A stretch of DNA of 63,712 nt, filler included, from Octopus bimaculoides (taxonomy: Eukaryota): assembly GCF_001194135.2 (NCBI RefSeq). It is 3 parts of 3 records of this genome, joined end to end, with 100 filler letters (N's around TTAATTAATTAA, not from the genome) between each part and the next. Parts side by side here need not be neighbours in the genome. Positions count along the whole stretch, not along the records: positions 12,693 to 37,618 come from NC_068988.1; 2 more parts are not named here. The stretch is one strand, 5' to 3'. The notes beneath the pieces are model-generated. The model saw only the letters and a list, made by a program, of their open reading frames with translations. It did no database searches and was not told where the DNA came from. Every line of letters starts with the position of its first letter. Within the stretch, counting starts at the first letter, position 1. Below, in pieces: positions 13,107 through 25,650 of this stretch. The translations under genes were made by a program, and so were the position numbers.

Positions 13107-13150
13107 TTAGCTACAATAGTGACAACATGAATTTCTTCCATCTTCCTGCT
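13107..13150 (-). CDS. Candidate terminal coding exon (..EQEDGRNSCCHYCS*)
   Basis: Acceptor TTTTTCTCAAATATTTTAACAG; phase-compatible with 16172-16209; AATAAA on minus strand at 12770-12775. Confidence 0.25.
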
Positions 13151-13416
13151 CTGTTAAAATATTTGAGAAAAATTACATTAATGTGTCCAACTGGTTAAAA
13201 TTCTATTCATTTGTGCAGTTGATGATAGCAATGCATTTAAATTGATGTAATGATAGCGTTGTTCAATTAAATGGAGCTGCTTGAAATGGTCATACTGCAT
13301 CACTTCTTGATATACTATTGCTTATGTGTGTGTATATATATGTGTGTGTGTGTATATATGTGTGTGTGTATATATATGTGTGTGTGTGTATGTATGTCTA
13401 TATGTGTGTGTGTGTA

Positions 13417-13448
<32 letters not shown>

Positions 13449-13726
13449 CTAATAGAAATACCTGGTGTTTCCTGGGTTAAAGAAGATAATGAAATTTATA
13501 AACGCCATCTAGATTACACAGGTCTCAACTGCTAGTAGTTGAAATACCAACTTTCTACATAACTCTGCAACCCGTGCCAGCATGGAACATAGACTTTAAG
13601 TGAAATGTGAAAAGAAACTCATATATGTATATAAAGTAAATACATGTTTGTCTAACTTATTTTGTAACCAAAAACAGGTACATATCATAAACAATGAAAG
13701 GCCGTGCGTAGAGTATACACACACAC

Positions 13727-13769
<43 letters not shown>

Positions 13770-13907
13770 GTGAATATATCACGTTATTGTTTCACTTTTA
13801 TACACACAGATATACATTCACGCATGTCAGTCAAAAATTGAAAGTGTAATAGTAATACTTCAACACTCAATGGTTTTACACTTCTGTATATGACATGGAC
13901 CTATGAT

Positions 13908-14375
13908 TCATGTAAGTGCTTCTTCATATACTATGTTTTCTGTCTTGCCATGTTTTTCACTGAGAATGTAGAGGTTCTTTTCATCTCCGACTCTAGAACA
14001 TCCAACATACAGCTGACCATGCGAGAAGCAAGGTTGAAGGCAGTTAAGTCCCACCACCTTTAGACATTGACCTTGTGCTTTGTTGATAGACATTGCAAAG
14101 CTAAGTTTGACAGGAAACTGCAGTCTCTTGAACTGAAAGGGGAGATCATTTGAGATAAGAGGTATCCTTGGAATGAATACATTCTCACCTATCATGTTGC
14201 CTGTAATTATTGTTACTTCCAACACATGGGGCATGGTTGTTTTAACAACCAACCTTGTTCCATTGCAGAGTCTGGGTACATCAAGGTTTCTTAATAGCAT
14301 TATCGGAGCACCTGTTTCGATGATCAGAATGTGTGATGGAAATCCTGGTGGCTGAAGTGAATTGAGGAACTCCAC
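13908..14375 (-). pseudogene. Helitron PIF1-like helicase, C-terminal motifs
   Basis: 155-aa open stretch with [49 protein letters not shown] and native stop. Confidence 0.93.
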
Positions 14376-14747
14376 TGGGTAACACGTTGTCTATTCTTGA
14401 TCACAGACAGTCAATTGATCTGTATGAGCATTCAGGTCCTGGAAGGAGAGACAACATATTTAGATTCAGCTTGTCTACAGCATCATTCCTTGGTGCCAGA
14501 ATTGTTCTTTCACATAGTCACTTGTGACATTTATAGGTTGTGGCAGTGTTTGGAAACACCTTGCTCTTCAGGTCTTCAAGGGAGGCAGTGATATTGTCAC
14601 ATGGGAGGTGGTGCTGACTATCTTCTGGATCTTGTGAAAGTTTTCCATTTCCAATGTCAAGTAAGTTTTTGGAGAACTGTGCAGCTAACAGGTCACAGGA
14701 ATGTGAACCCTCATGCTGGTTGTCAGAATAAGCTGCTTGACATATTG

Positions 14748-15302
14748 TCAGATATATGAGGACTTGATGCAAGCTCTCAGCTCATCTGCCTTTGTTCCAC
14801 TGGGAATGACAGGCAATGTTTGCCTGAAGTCACCAGCCATGAGGAGGATGACATCACCCATGATCTTATTGTTTCTGAAGTCTTGTAGTGTTGTATCAAG
14901 TGCTTCAAAAGCTGCCTTATGGAACATTATTGCATCATCCCAGACAATGAGTTTAGCATCTGTAAGGAGCTTTGCTAATGATGTATTCTTGGATATGTTG
15001 CATAAAGGAGATTCATTTTGGATGAGGTTCAGAAGCAGCTTGAATGTTGAATGGACTGTTCTTCCACCTGTTAGGAGTGTGGCTGCAATTCCAGAGGATG
15101 CAACAGCCAGAGCAATCTTCTGTCTCACTTTAGCAAGGAGCAGGTTGATCAATAATGTCTTTCCTGTTCCTTCAGGAGCATCTAAGAAAAAATCCCCACC
15201 AGTGTTTTTGTTCACAGATGTAAGAACTTGCCAGTATACCTCCTTTTGATCCTGTACCAGAATTGGTTCCTTTTCATTGACAACTGCTTGCAAACTTTCC
15301 AT
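14748..15302 (-). pseudogene. Helitron PIF1-like helicase, N-terminal motifs
   Basis: Walker A APEGTGKT, degenerate Walker B IVWDDA, GDFRQTLPV; frameshifted relative to neighbouring segments. Confidence 0.9.
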
Positions 15303-16171
15303 GTTGTATGATGTTTCCTTGATTAGCTCTTATGCTAATCTGTGTTGAACATCTCTGACAGGAGCTGGAAGACCATAGATTTCAAGTTTGTTTCCACCCA
15401 GTGATTGAACCTTGTCTCCTATTAATCTTAATGCCTCATTAAAGATATCATCATTGAATGTGACATCACTGTCACACTGATATTGAATTCTTTGAAGAAT
15501 GTGTTCAGAAAGCCCCGCCTTGTTTTGTACCAAAGTTGATTTGAATTTGACAATCTACAGTTAACCAGTATCATGGAGAAGAGGTTTCTCAGCTGCATAG
15601 GAAACTTGCACATTTGTGCATCTGTCAGAGTGGCATCCCAGTGTGCATCACCTTCCAGAAGACCTCTGAGATAGCAAGCCTGGCGATATGTTTGACACTG
15701 TGTTATCAACTGTACGTAAGGCTGTTAATGATGTGGGTCCCTTGACATGGTGTAATAGAAGCCTTAGATAGTAGCACTCTGAGTAATTTTTGAGAACTGT
15801 TCCCCACTTAGGGGTGTTTCAGAACAAGTCATCCATATTTATTTCATTTTCTCTGTTTTGTGTGTTTGTGCATCCATTGATTTCTACCACACACACACAC
15901 ACACATACACACACACACATACACATGTAATTAAAAAAGATCAAACGGACTTGTTCCATTCAATATCATGTTTATTATAAAGATTATGTTTCAAATTATA
16001 CATTACACTTCTATATTTAACTGTGCATGTATATTAGAAACCTGGGAATTTACATAAAATGAAAAAAAATCGTATACAACAGATAAGTCGTCTTAATAAC
16101 ATATTTCTGTGTACCAGACATTTAGCTGTTATTTTTAGCATAACGAGTTTTCTGGAGAAGGCTTCATTTAC

Positions 16172-16209
16172 CTTCAATGCCTGTTTGTTGCTTCAGTAGA
16201 AATCTACGG
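16172..16209 (-). CDS. Candidate 38-nt internal exon (RRFLLKQQTGIE)
   Basis: Long pyrimidine tract TTTGTTTCATTTTCTACGTTTTGTGCATTTGTGCAG, donor GAAG|GTAAAT, exactly one open frame; protein not recognised. Confidence 0.35.
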
Positions 16210-16427
16210 CTGCACAAATGCACAAAACGTAGAAAATGAAACAAATATGGACGACTTGTTCCCCCACCCCCACCCCCCGTGGGGAACAGTTCTCAAAAAT
16301 AACCCCCATTTGTTTTCCCTCCAAATTCTTATGTTCTCGGAATCTACATAGTCCAAGGTATATTTGTGGAGAATTTCATTAAAAAACATCTTGAAAGTTA
16401 AGATGAATTGAAGTGGACTCTGATGGA

Positions 16428-16635
16428 CTTTGACCCTCCAAAATCCCAAATTTTATTTTGGAATTTATGGGCCAACTGTCTTTGAAGAATCATATTGTCA
16501 TTGAATGCTCGAAATGAGGAATAGACAGACAGCCAACAGCTGATGAAGAGTTGTTCTCTGTGTTTACTTGTCCTGTTTTCCATTTTTCTCTCATTGTTTG
16601 CATATTTAACTTCTTTGTTTTTGTATTTCATGTTG
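16428..16635 (+). repeat. ~210-bp interspersed element with hammerhead-like motifs, copy 1
   Basis: Aligns by eye along its length with 17495-17705. Confidence 0.8.
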
Positions 16636-17494
16636 TTTATACAGTTGGTGACGTCCTGTACCCATATATATATATANNNNNNNNNNNNNNNNNNNNNNNN
16701 NNNNNNNNNNNNNNNNNNNNNNNNNNNNNNNNNNNNNNNNNNNNNNNNNNNNNNNNNNNNNNNNNNNNNNNNNNNNNNNNNNNNNNNNNNNNNNNNNNNN
16801 NNNNNNNNNNNNNNNNNNNNNNNNNNNNNNNNNNNNNNNNNNNNNNNNNNNNNNNNNNNNNNNNNNNNNNNNNNNNNNNNNNNNNNNNNNNNNNNNNNNN
16901 NNNNNNNNNNNNNNNNNNNNNNNNNNNNNNNNNNNNNNNNNNNNNNNNNNNNNNNNNNNNNNNNNNNNNNNNNNNNNNNNNNNNNNNNNNNNNNNNNNNN
17001 NNNNNNNNNNNNNNNNNNNNNNNNNNNNNNNNNNNNNNNNNNNATATATTATCTAGTTTCAGCTCATGAGCTGTGGCCATGCTGGGGCACCATAATATAC
17101 ATAGACAGATAAATAAATATACATACATGTTATTTACATTATTACTTAATTGAACGCTACACATCCATTTACAAGTAAGTTTATCTTAATCTTAATCTTC
17201 ACCATTTTCTACCTGTCTCTCTCCATCTCCTTCTCCCCCTCTTTCTCTTTTACTCTCTCTTATTGCTCACACATGACCATCATCCATCTTTCTTTTCCTC
17301 ACATGACTATCTTTTCTAGCATGGAGGTTCAAAGGACTGGGCGTTTTCTTTCTCTCTCCTCTATCTTTTCTCCTTTCCAAGAAAATATTTTTCCCATCAT
17401 TCACTATTTTCCTCTTGTTCTGGTCTGATGACCCTCCATGTTTGTTTTCATACAGTTTCCTTGTATGTCTCCACTGCCCTGATTTTGTTCCCAA

Positions 17495-17705
17495 CTTTGA
17501 CCCTCCATAAATCCAAACTTTTATTTTAGAATTATGGGAGCAACTGTCTTTGAGGAATCACATTGTCATTGAATGCTTGAAATGAGGAGTAGATAGACAG
17601 CCGACAACTGATAAAGGGTCGTTCTCTGTGTTTACTTGTCCTCTTTTCCATTTTTTCCTCTTGCTGTTTGTGTATTTAACTCATTTGTTTTTGTATTTCC
17701 TGTTG
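17495..17705 (+). repeat. ~210-bp interspersed element with hammerhead-like motifs, copy 2
   Basis: Direct repeat of 16428-16635, offset 1067 bp. Confidence 0.8.
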
Positions 17706-19599
17706 GATAGTTTTCGTATTTCATGTTGGGAGGGTAACAGTGTCAAATCAATATACTGGCTGAACCTGAATAACTGGGGAAAGTGAGTACAGTTTGCAAA
17801 TCTTAATGGAGGTAATGAAATGAAAAAGTAAGAAATTCAGCCGCTGATGAAGCCAACAGTGGAATGGACATGAAAAGGGTAACAGATAAGAGGAGGACCT
17901 AAGAAAGATGATGGTTGAGAATGTGGATTTAAGGGAGAATGGAATGAAGGGTGGCATTCATAAAAAATTAGGAGGAGCACAAGATTTGGTTCAACCCACA
18001 CTTTGAAAGTCAATTTCAGGATGGAAACTCTATAGATGTTTGGATGGTCTGTGCCAGTAAACCAAGAGTAGAACGTTGCCATATTATGTCATGCTGACTC
18101 GAGAATTGCAAACTAGACTGTCATATAAGAGGAGAGTCTGTCAAATATATATGTGCATGGTGGGTGGGGGATGGAGAGGGTGTATATGTGTGTGTATTTA
18201 TGCATTTCAAAGCATATTCATTGTGGTATTTGTTCTTCTCCTTGGTAGACAAGTACTCCCTTGTCACTTCTCACTATCAAAAATGCAGTAAAGCAGTGAT
18301 TGGTCCTAACCAATAAGATTCATTGGCTTCCAATTGTAATACAAGGAAAATTTAATAACAAAAAGCTTTGTAGAGAAAGTGGTGATAATAAATACTGTAT
18401 ACTGGTTGAGTTGTGTCCCATCTCTGCCAATTCCTCATTTTCAATAAGTTGATTTATTATTAATTATGTATAGGTAGCATAATCATCATTACTTCATAAA
18501 TGGTATAGAGTATTATTAGGGTATTCAATGGATTAAAAGAGATTTAAAATAAACTGGATTAGCTCATCTATAAAGATTTATAGTTAAACCAAGATACCAG
18601 AAAAATTTGATAGGTACTTCATACAGTTAGTACTTCATTCAGTTAGTAGCAGATTGGAGAGAGATGGAAGAGAAATGGAGGGTAGCAAGGAGAGTGAGAA
18701 ATAGAACTAAAATGCTGGAGAAATTGAAAGAAAAAAGAGAAAAGTAAAAAGACTGAGAGAACGAAAGAAGAGAAGAGCAAGAGACTGTCAGACAATGTAA
18801 AATAATGATGAAATAGAGAGGGATGGGCACAGTGAGAGGTAATGGTAAAGAGAGTAAGATATATAGGTTCATAGACACAGACAGGGTGGAAGCAAAGTGA
18901 ATTCAAGATGAAAGAGAGAAGGGGAGAAATAAACACTTATAAGAGAGATATGAGGGAGAAGAATGATTCAGGAAGAGAGGAAGGTAAAACAATATGGCTA
19001 CCAATGTAAAGTTCATGTTGTTATAGTGGAACATTATAAACATTTATGTAATATCTTCAAAAGAATGAATTACCTTTTGATACTGAACACAAAATAGAGA
19101 TTTAGATTGCTGTTGTTGTAGACAGATATTTTAGAGCTATATGAATATTCAAATGTAATGTGTGGTGTAGTGTTGTTGTCTAGAGTAATAGTGTATTGGT
19201 AATATATAATATAATGCAGTGTAGTAATATACTATAGGCTAATAGCATAGAACTGTAGCACTATATAATGTCATAATGAATAAGAGTAAAAATGTAGTGC
19301 AATGTAATAGTGTAGTATAAAACGATGTTATATGTAATAGCACAGAGTAGGATGATTGCTTAGAATTGTGGTGCTATAAAGTGTAATAGTAAATAAGAGA
19401 GCTGCAATGTGATAGAATAGTGCAGGATAATGTTGTATAAATATTATGGACATAGTGTAAATATTGGGGGCATAATGTGGTAAAGAAGAATAATGTGTTT
19501 ATAGTGCTATTTTGTGCAGAGTATAAAGCAATAGAATCAAACTGTAATGCTATAGTATAAAGTAATAATGTAGAAATATTGTTGTGTCTGTGTATATCT

Positions 19600-19810
19600 T
19601 TTACTTGTTTCAGTCATTAGACTGCAGCCATGCTGGGGCATCACCTTGAAGAATTTTTAGTTGAATGAATTGACAACAGTACCTTTTTTTTAAGCCTGGT
19701 ACTTATTCTATCGATCTCTTTTAACAAACAACTGAGTTATAGAGGCATACACATACCAACACTGGTTGTCAAATAGTAGTGGGGAATAAATACAGAGTGA
19801 AAGACATACA
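19600..19810 (-). mobile_element. CORE-like SINE, 3' half
   Basis: TTTTACTTGTTTCAGTCATT.GACTGC.GCCATGCTGG family tail. Confidence 0.75.
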
Positions 19811-19985
19811 CATGAATATATATAAACATTATCGACCATATATACTTAATATATACTCTTTGTGTATTTGCTAGTAGGTAATGATTTGGTGTGGTGGAGA
19901 TTTCTCTCTCAAAGTGTATATGTGTTAAGTATATTTGGTGGATAATGTTTATTACACTAGCATTGCTTCTATTTCATATTTGAAT

Positions 19986-20370
19986 ATGCATAGGCATGGC
20001 TGTGTGGTAACAAGCTTGCTTCCCAACCACATGGTTCCGGATTCAGTTCTACTGTGCGGCACCTTGGGCAAGTGTCTTCTACTATAGCCTCAGGCCAACC
20101 AAAGCCTTGTGAGTGGATTTGGTAGATGGAAACTGAAAGAAGCCCAACGTATATATATATATATGTTGGTGTGTCTGTGTTTGTCTCCTCACCATTGCTT
20201 CACAACTGATATTGGTGTGTTTATGTACCTGTAACCTAGTGGTTTTAGCAAAAGAAACCAATAGAACAAGTACTAGGCATACAAAGAATGAGTCCTGGGG
20301 TCGATTTCTTCGACTAAATGTGGTGCTCCAGCATGCCCACAGTCAAATGTCTGAAACAAATAACAGAGGA
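19986..20370 (+). mobile_element. CORE-like tRNA-derived SINE, near full length
   Basis: GGCTGTGTGGTAA A box, GGATTCAGTTC B box, ACCTTGGGCAAGTG CORE-like motif, internal (TA)n, ACTGAAACAA tail. Confidence 0.85.
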
Positions 20371-20380
20371 TATATATATA

Positions 20381-20423
<43 letters not shown>

Positions 20424-20449
20424 NNNNNNNNNNNNNNNNNNNNNNNNNN

Positions 20450-20480
<31 letters not shown>

Positions 20481-20633
20481 ATGGGCTTCTTTCAGTTTCT
20501 GTCTACTAAATCCATTCACAAGGTTTTAGTTGGCCTGAAGTTATAGGTGGAAGACACTTGGCCAAGGTGTCACACAGTGGAACTGAACCTGGGACCATGT
20601 GGTGGGAAAGAAAGCTTCTTACCACACAGCCAT
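20481..20633 (-). mobile_element. CORE-like SINE, 5' half
   Basis: Reverse complement of head of 19986 copy. Confidence 0.75.
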
Positions 20634-20759
20634 GTGTAGATGGATAATGTACATGTGTGTATATAAATTAGTATATCTTTTGACATTTGATAGCCATTAC
20701 TTTTAGATTACTTTAGAAGCAAATTGTGCATAATTTTGTTTGCAGCTGTTAGTTCAGTG

Positions 20760-21797
20760 TCAATTTTAACATAGAGTGCCAAAACAAACATTTTCACCAT
20801 ATTTTGCTTTTTTATTTCTGTAAAGGCAAGAAAGCTGCTGAGGCTCACAAAGAGATATGTGAAGTTTATGAGATTTTTCACTCAAAGATGACCAACATTC
20901 TGGCTGACTTACTGAAGTTGATGATGACTGAAACAAAGCCATAATTGAATCTGATTGTCATATAACTGTGCGAGAAATTGCAGAGAGGTTAAATGTATCA
21001 CACGCAACAGTTGAAGATCACTTAAAACGTCTTGGGCTCGTTAAGAAGCTCAATATTTGGGTTTCACATAAATTGAAAGAGATTTACTTAACACAACAAA
21101 TCAACATTTACGATATGCATCTCAAACGCAATGAAATCAACCTTCCCTTGAAATAAATCATCACTGCTAATGACAAATGGATTGTCTACAATAACAGTAA
21201 TTGAAAACGATCATGGTCCAAGCATAATGAACCAGTACAAACCATATCGAAAGCTGAATTGCATCAAAAAAAGGTCATGCTGTCAATTTGGTGGGATTAT
21301 AAAGGTGTTGTGTATTTTAAGCTGCTTCCAAGGAACCAAACCACCAATTCAGATGTTTACTGTCAAGAGCTAATGAAAGTGGAGGAAGCAATCAAAGAAA
21401 AACGACCAGAATTAGCAAATTGTAAAAGAATCATGTTCCACCATGACAACGCTAGACCACATCTTTGCTAACTCGTGAAAAATTATTGGAGCTTGGTCTC
21501 ATCCGCCATATAGCCCTAAATTTGCACCATTAGATTACCATTTATTTCGAAGTTTACAAAATTCTTTGAATGGTAAAACTTTTAATAATGATGACCTGAA
21601 ATTGCACTTGCTTCAGTTTTTGGCTGATAAGGACCAGAGTTTCTATGAGCACAGAACCATGAAGTTGCCAGAAAGATGGCAAAAAGTCATCGAACAAAAT
21701 GAAAAATATATAATTGATTTAAGTTCATTCTTTGTATGAAAAACATGACTTTTATTTAACACTAAGCAACCGAAATTACTTTTTTGGCAACCCAATA
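20760..21797 (+). mobile_element. Mariner (D,D34D) transposon remnant
   Basis: Frameshifted transposase 20771-21721: HILLFYF, IWVSHKL (WVPHEL), TANDKWIVYNN, KKVMLSIWWD, HHDNARPH, HPPYSPKFAPLDYHLF, KLPERWQKVIEQN; right TIR ..AATTACTTTTTTGGCAACCCAA+TA; left TIR not found. Confidence 0.95.
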
Positions 21798-21920
21798 CTA
21801 TTGGAAATAGTGTGGTAAAAGTGTGGTGCTATATAGTGTTGTTATACAGGACAACAGTAGTGTATAAATATGATGTTTTAGTGTAGTGTTTGGAGCACTT
21901 AATATATTTCAACATGCATA

Positions 21921-22345
21921 AGACAGTGAGTTGGTAGAATCATTAATCTACCAGGCAAAATGCTTAGCAGCATTTCTTCCGTCACTATATTCTGAGTTCA
22001 AATTCCACTGAGGATGACTTCCCTTTCATCCTTTTGGGGGTCGATAAAACAAGTTCTAATTGATCACTGGGGTCAATGTAATCGACTTTCCTTCTCCCTC
22101 AAAATCACAGGCCTTGTGCCAAAATTTGAAACCAGTATTCACTGCTTATAAGGTAGCAAGCTGGCAAAATGCTTAATGGCTTTTCATCCATCTTTACATA
22201 TTGAGTTCAAATTCTGCCTAGGTTGACTTTGCTTTTCCTCCTTTTGGAGTCAATAAAATAAGTACCAGCTGAGGCCTGGGGCGGATGTAATCGACCTACT
22301 CCTCCCTCGAAATTGTTGGCCTTGTGCCAAAATTTAAAACTAATA
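21921..22345 (+). mobile_element. Two head-to-tail Nin/Deu-like SINE copies
   Basis: Each has GAGTTCAAATTC B box, TTTCATCCTTTTGG(GG)GTC core and GGCCTTGTGCCAAAATTT tail. Confidence 0.8.
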
Positions 22346-22634
22346 TACCTCAACATATAATTTAGATTTTAGTTTATGTTTTAAGACTGAAATGTGTTGC
22401 AATATTAATGAGTAACCTTGGAGAGTCCACTGAAAAAATATTCAGTTCTTGAGTTCTAGAGTTAATACCTTAATTGAATAAAATATTCTTTTGTAGCAAG
22501 ATACAGATAACGAGATATACTTACAGTTATAGATATATATAACTGTATACAATTTATATACGTACAATTAAACCTTCTAATATTTGTCTCTGCATAATAT
22601 TCAGCTAACTAAATGACCAGTCAGTTTTTATTAC

Positions 22635-22830
22635 CATCATCATCATCATTTAACATCCATGTTCCATGCTGGCATGGTTTGGATGGGTGAGGGGTGGTAT
22701 CATGCTTCTCGTTTAGTTTAGCATGGTTTCTATGGCTTGATGCCTTTACTAATACCAACCACATTTCATCATGCACTTGGTGCTTTTGTTATACCATCAG
22801 ACTAGTAAGGTTACCATGTAGCTTGCAAAA
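22635..22830 (-). mobile_element. Retroposon 3'-tail repeat ending in (GAT)n
   Basis: CATCATCATTTAACATCC..TTCCATGCTGGCATGG...GATGCCTTT.CTAAT.CCAACC; short related piece at ~13570-13605. Confidence 0.55.
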
Positions 22831-24599
22831 CTACAAACCCTGAGAGACAGTTTTATGCTGGGTGATGTGGGGGTTAATGTAAGACAAAATGAACTAGAGC
22901 AGAATAGGTTTCTTACTGTAGAAGGATACTTGGTTACTTGCATTGTAGAAGAGGCAGTGTTGGGTGATCAGGGTGGAGCAAGGAGGAGATAAAAAATAGT
23001 GGTAATGAGGAGTCCTGATGGACATTCAAGGTATGAGGTAAGAGATAGTAATAGTACTATAATAGGTCATTACCTTTTATGTGCATTCCAAGAGGATATA
23101 CCCTACTGTCTCATATTGCTGTATTACATTTTATACTATGTATCACCACTTTTATAACACCATACTAAGTGAAATTATTATGCAATATTTAGCTATATCA
23201 TTTCATACACTAGTATGTAATATTACACTGTATTATGCTATACTGTTTTATAATACTCAACTATATATCACCATATTTCGGTATACTATACTTTACTTAC
23301 ACAGCACAAAGATGGAAGCTACGCACTCCCAGCTCTATATTTGTAAAGTGCAATATGACAATCCTTCTAAACTATTGGATTTATCTGATTCTTTCACAAA
23401 AAACGGTATTCCTTTCATCTGGACTTAACTGAAAATTGAAATATTGCTTTACTATTATTGTCCTTGTTGTGGAGATGTTATAGTTGTGTTTTTGTTGTTT
23501 ATCCTCCAAATTGTCCTTAATCCAACTCATGATCAAAAGTATTCTGACCATGACTATCTCACTTTGAGGAATAGTGTACCTGGGACTATATTATCCAATG
23601 TGTGGTTTCTTAAGATGCTACAGAGTGTTTATTGGAGAGAATAATTGTCAGCTCTTCTCAGTAGTTTGAAGGAGTTCTCTGTATTGTGCTTTCAGGTATT
23701 CATTGTTGTTGGTGATCCCTTATCAAGGAGACCTATTATGTTCACTTTGATAAAAGGTCACCAATATTCAGGATCTGTCCATCCTGTTTTTGTTTTTATG
23801 CTCAAACACTGTATCCTTCCTTTCTTGGAGCATGGGGTGTGATTTGAGATCTCTTACTAAAAACATTCCAGTCATGCCCATCTAATTTTTTTACAAGCAT
23901 TGTATACTTGGACTATATTATCTTTTCTTTAAAACTGTAGGGTCTGATCTGAAGTGATCTGGCAGCTATATCTAGCAGATTTAATGACTATATCTCTTGT
24001 GGTTATTGAAGTTTTATTGTTCGACATTCTGATTATATATATTTAACACCTGATCTCTGCATTCTCAGACTCACTAAGAAACTGATAGATACCCTACTCT
24101 TTCACTCTGACTAAATCCTGAAACAAAATTGTAAATTGATAATTTTTCTCTGTTGAGGTGATGGCGATAACAGTTTTATGATCCCTAAATCCTGGAGATT
24201 ATGTAAAGGCCTCCAACCATTCTACTTCCTTCCTATTTATCTTTCTAAAACTAGTCTCTCATAGACTGTAGTTGTACCCTTCAGCCACATCTTCAACTAT
24301 TGATTCTCCTTGAAGGATTCACATGTAAATAGTTGGATCTTGTATTTTCTGAAATAAATTGTGGAGGATTTTTTATCTCTTAGACAGCTTTTCTTGTTTT
24401 TTGGTGTCTGTTGTCTTAATATATAATGAATTTTATCCCTCCACTTTTGTGTATTTTTGAAAGATGTATTGTCAGTGGAATAATAATAGTAACAACAACA
24501 TGCAAAGGTATTTGAAACACAACTAAATAGAGAGAATATTATCAAAGCAACGAATACATTGATCATGCTAATATTAAGGCACTCTACTTTTTTCTTAAA

Positions 24600-25600
24600 A
24601 GGGACAAAGACTTACATATAGGAATTAGATAGAAAAACTAGGAAGTTTCACACAATACATAACATGTACTAGTTATATATCGACAGGTACTAGATACTAA
24701 GAATGGAGGCAGAGATTTGTTAAATGCAGAAGACACCATTAGTTCTGTGATACTGGATTTGAAAATTTGTGATGTGTACAGTGAAAAGAAGAATACTATT
24801 GGCAGCTAGAAATATCCAAAATGTCACTGAAACAATAAAAGGGTTCAAGAACAGAAGAAAGAACAACAAGACCAATAGTTCATGCAAGAAACCAAGAATG
24901 TTGGAAAAATAGAACACTGGTTGGGGCTGATAGATGGAAACCAGAAACCTTATTACCTACAATAGCCATCCAAGAATAAGCTATTAAAACAAACTTGAAG
25001 ACAAAGAGTGATAAAACCAGGTTAGAGTGCAAACACAGAATCTGTTGAAAAGATGAAAGCATGAACCAATATTTTAAGTGAATGCAGTAAGCTAGCACTA
25101 GAAGTGTGTATAGTTTCAGGCATAACTATTTTAGTAATAAAGTGCATTGGGATGATAACCAAATTTGTGGCTTCAAAGTAACAGAAAAGTGGTATGAACA
25201 CAAGTTAGAGTTGCAATGGTGAATAATAATTACAGAATTTTTATGGGATTTCTCCATGGAGACTGACTGCATTATTGAAGCAAGGCAACCAGATATGATT
25301 ATAGAGGACAAAAAGCATACCACGAGATAATAGTGGATACCAAAGAAATTGAGAAAATTGAGGAATCCCAGGACCTAGCTAGAGGGATGGAGAGATTGTG
25401 AAAGACAAAGGCAAAGTTAATTAGGGAACTGGCACAACACTCAGACTGCTATATAAGAGGCTGAAGGATATTGGAATTGAGACATGCATTACCTATCTGC
25501 AGAAAAGTGTCATCCTGTATTCTATGAGAATCCTAAGAAAGATTCTGAAGATTTAAGGAAACTTGTCACCAAACCTTAAAATAACATCTTTGCTGATTAA
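24600..25600 (+). mobile_element. R4/Dong-type non-LTR retrotransposon, old 5'-truncated copy
   Basis: Broken frames: ELDRKTRK, NGGRDLLNAED (GGRGL), CCHC zinc-finger region, WYEHK, LWDFSMETDCIIEARQPDMII (RLE PD motif), LQKSVILYSMRILRKILK*; followed by (TAG/TAA)n. Confidence 0.85.
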
Positions 25601-25650
25601 ATTAGCATGTAATAAATTTTGTAGTAGTAGTAGTAGTAATAAAAATAATA

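Larger units (their letters stand above)
13449..15790 (-). mobile_element. Helitron, 5'-truncated and degenerate
   Basis: Fragmented RepHel ORF: ECYYLRLLLHHVKGPTS, TYRQAC..RGLLEGD.HW, FFLDAPEGTGKT, SGIAATLL.GGRT.HS.FK, GDFRQ.LPV, LLRNL....[28 protein letters not shown]; decayed 3' end CCCAGGAAACACCAGG-N8-TTAG|T at 13448-13476. Confidence 0.95.

Noticed and set aside
23430-24300. Possible LINE remnant, and similar purine-rich stretch at 50820-51300
   Set aside because: No diagnostic motif could be read in any frame
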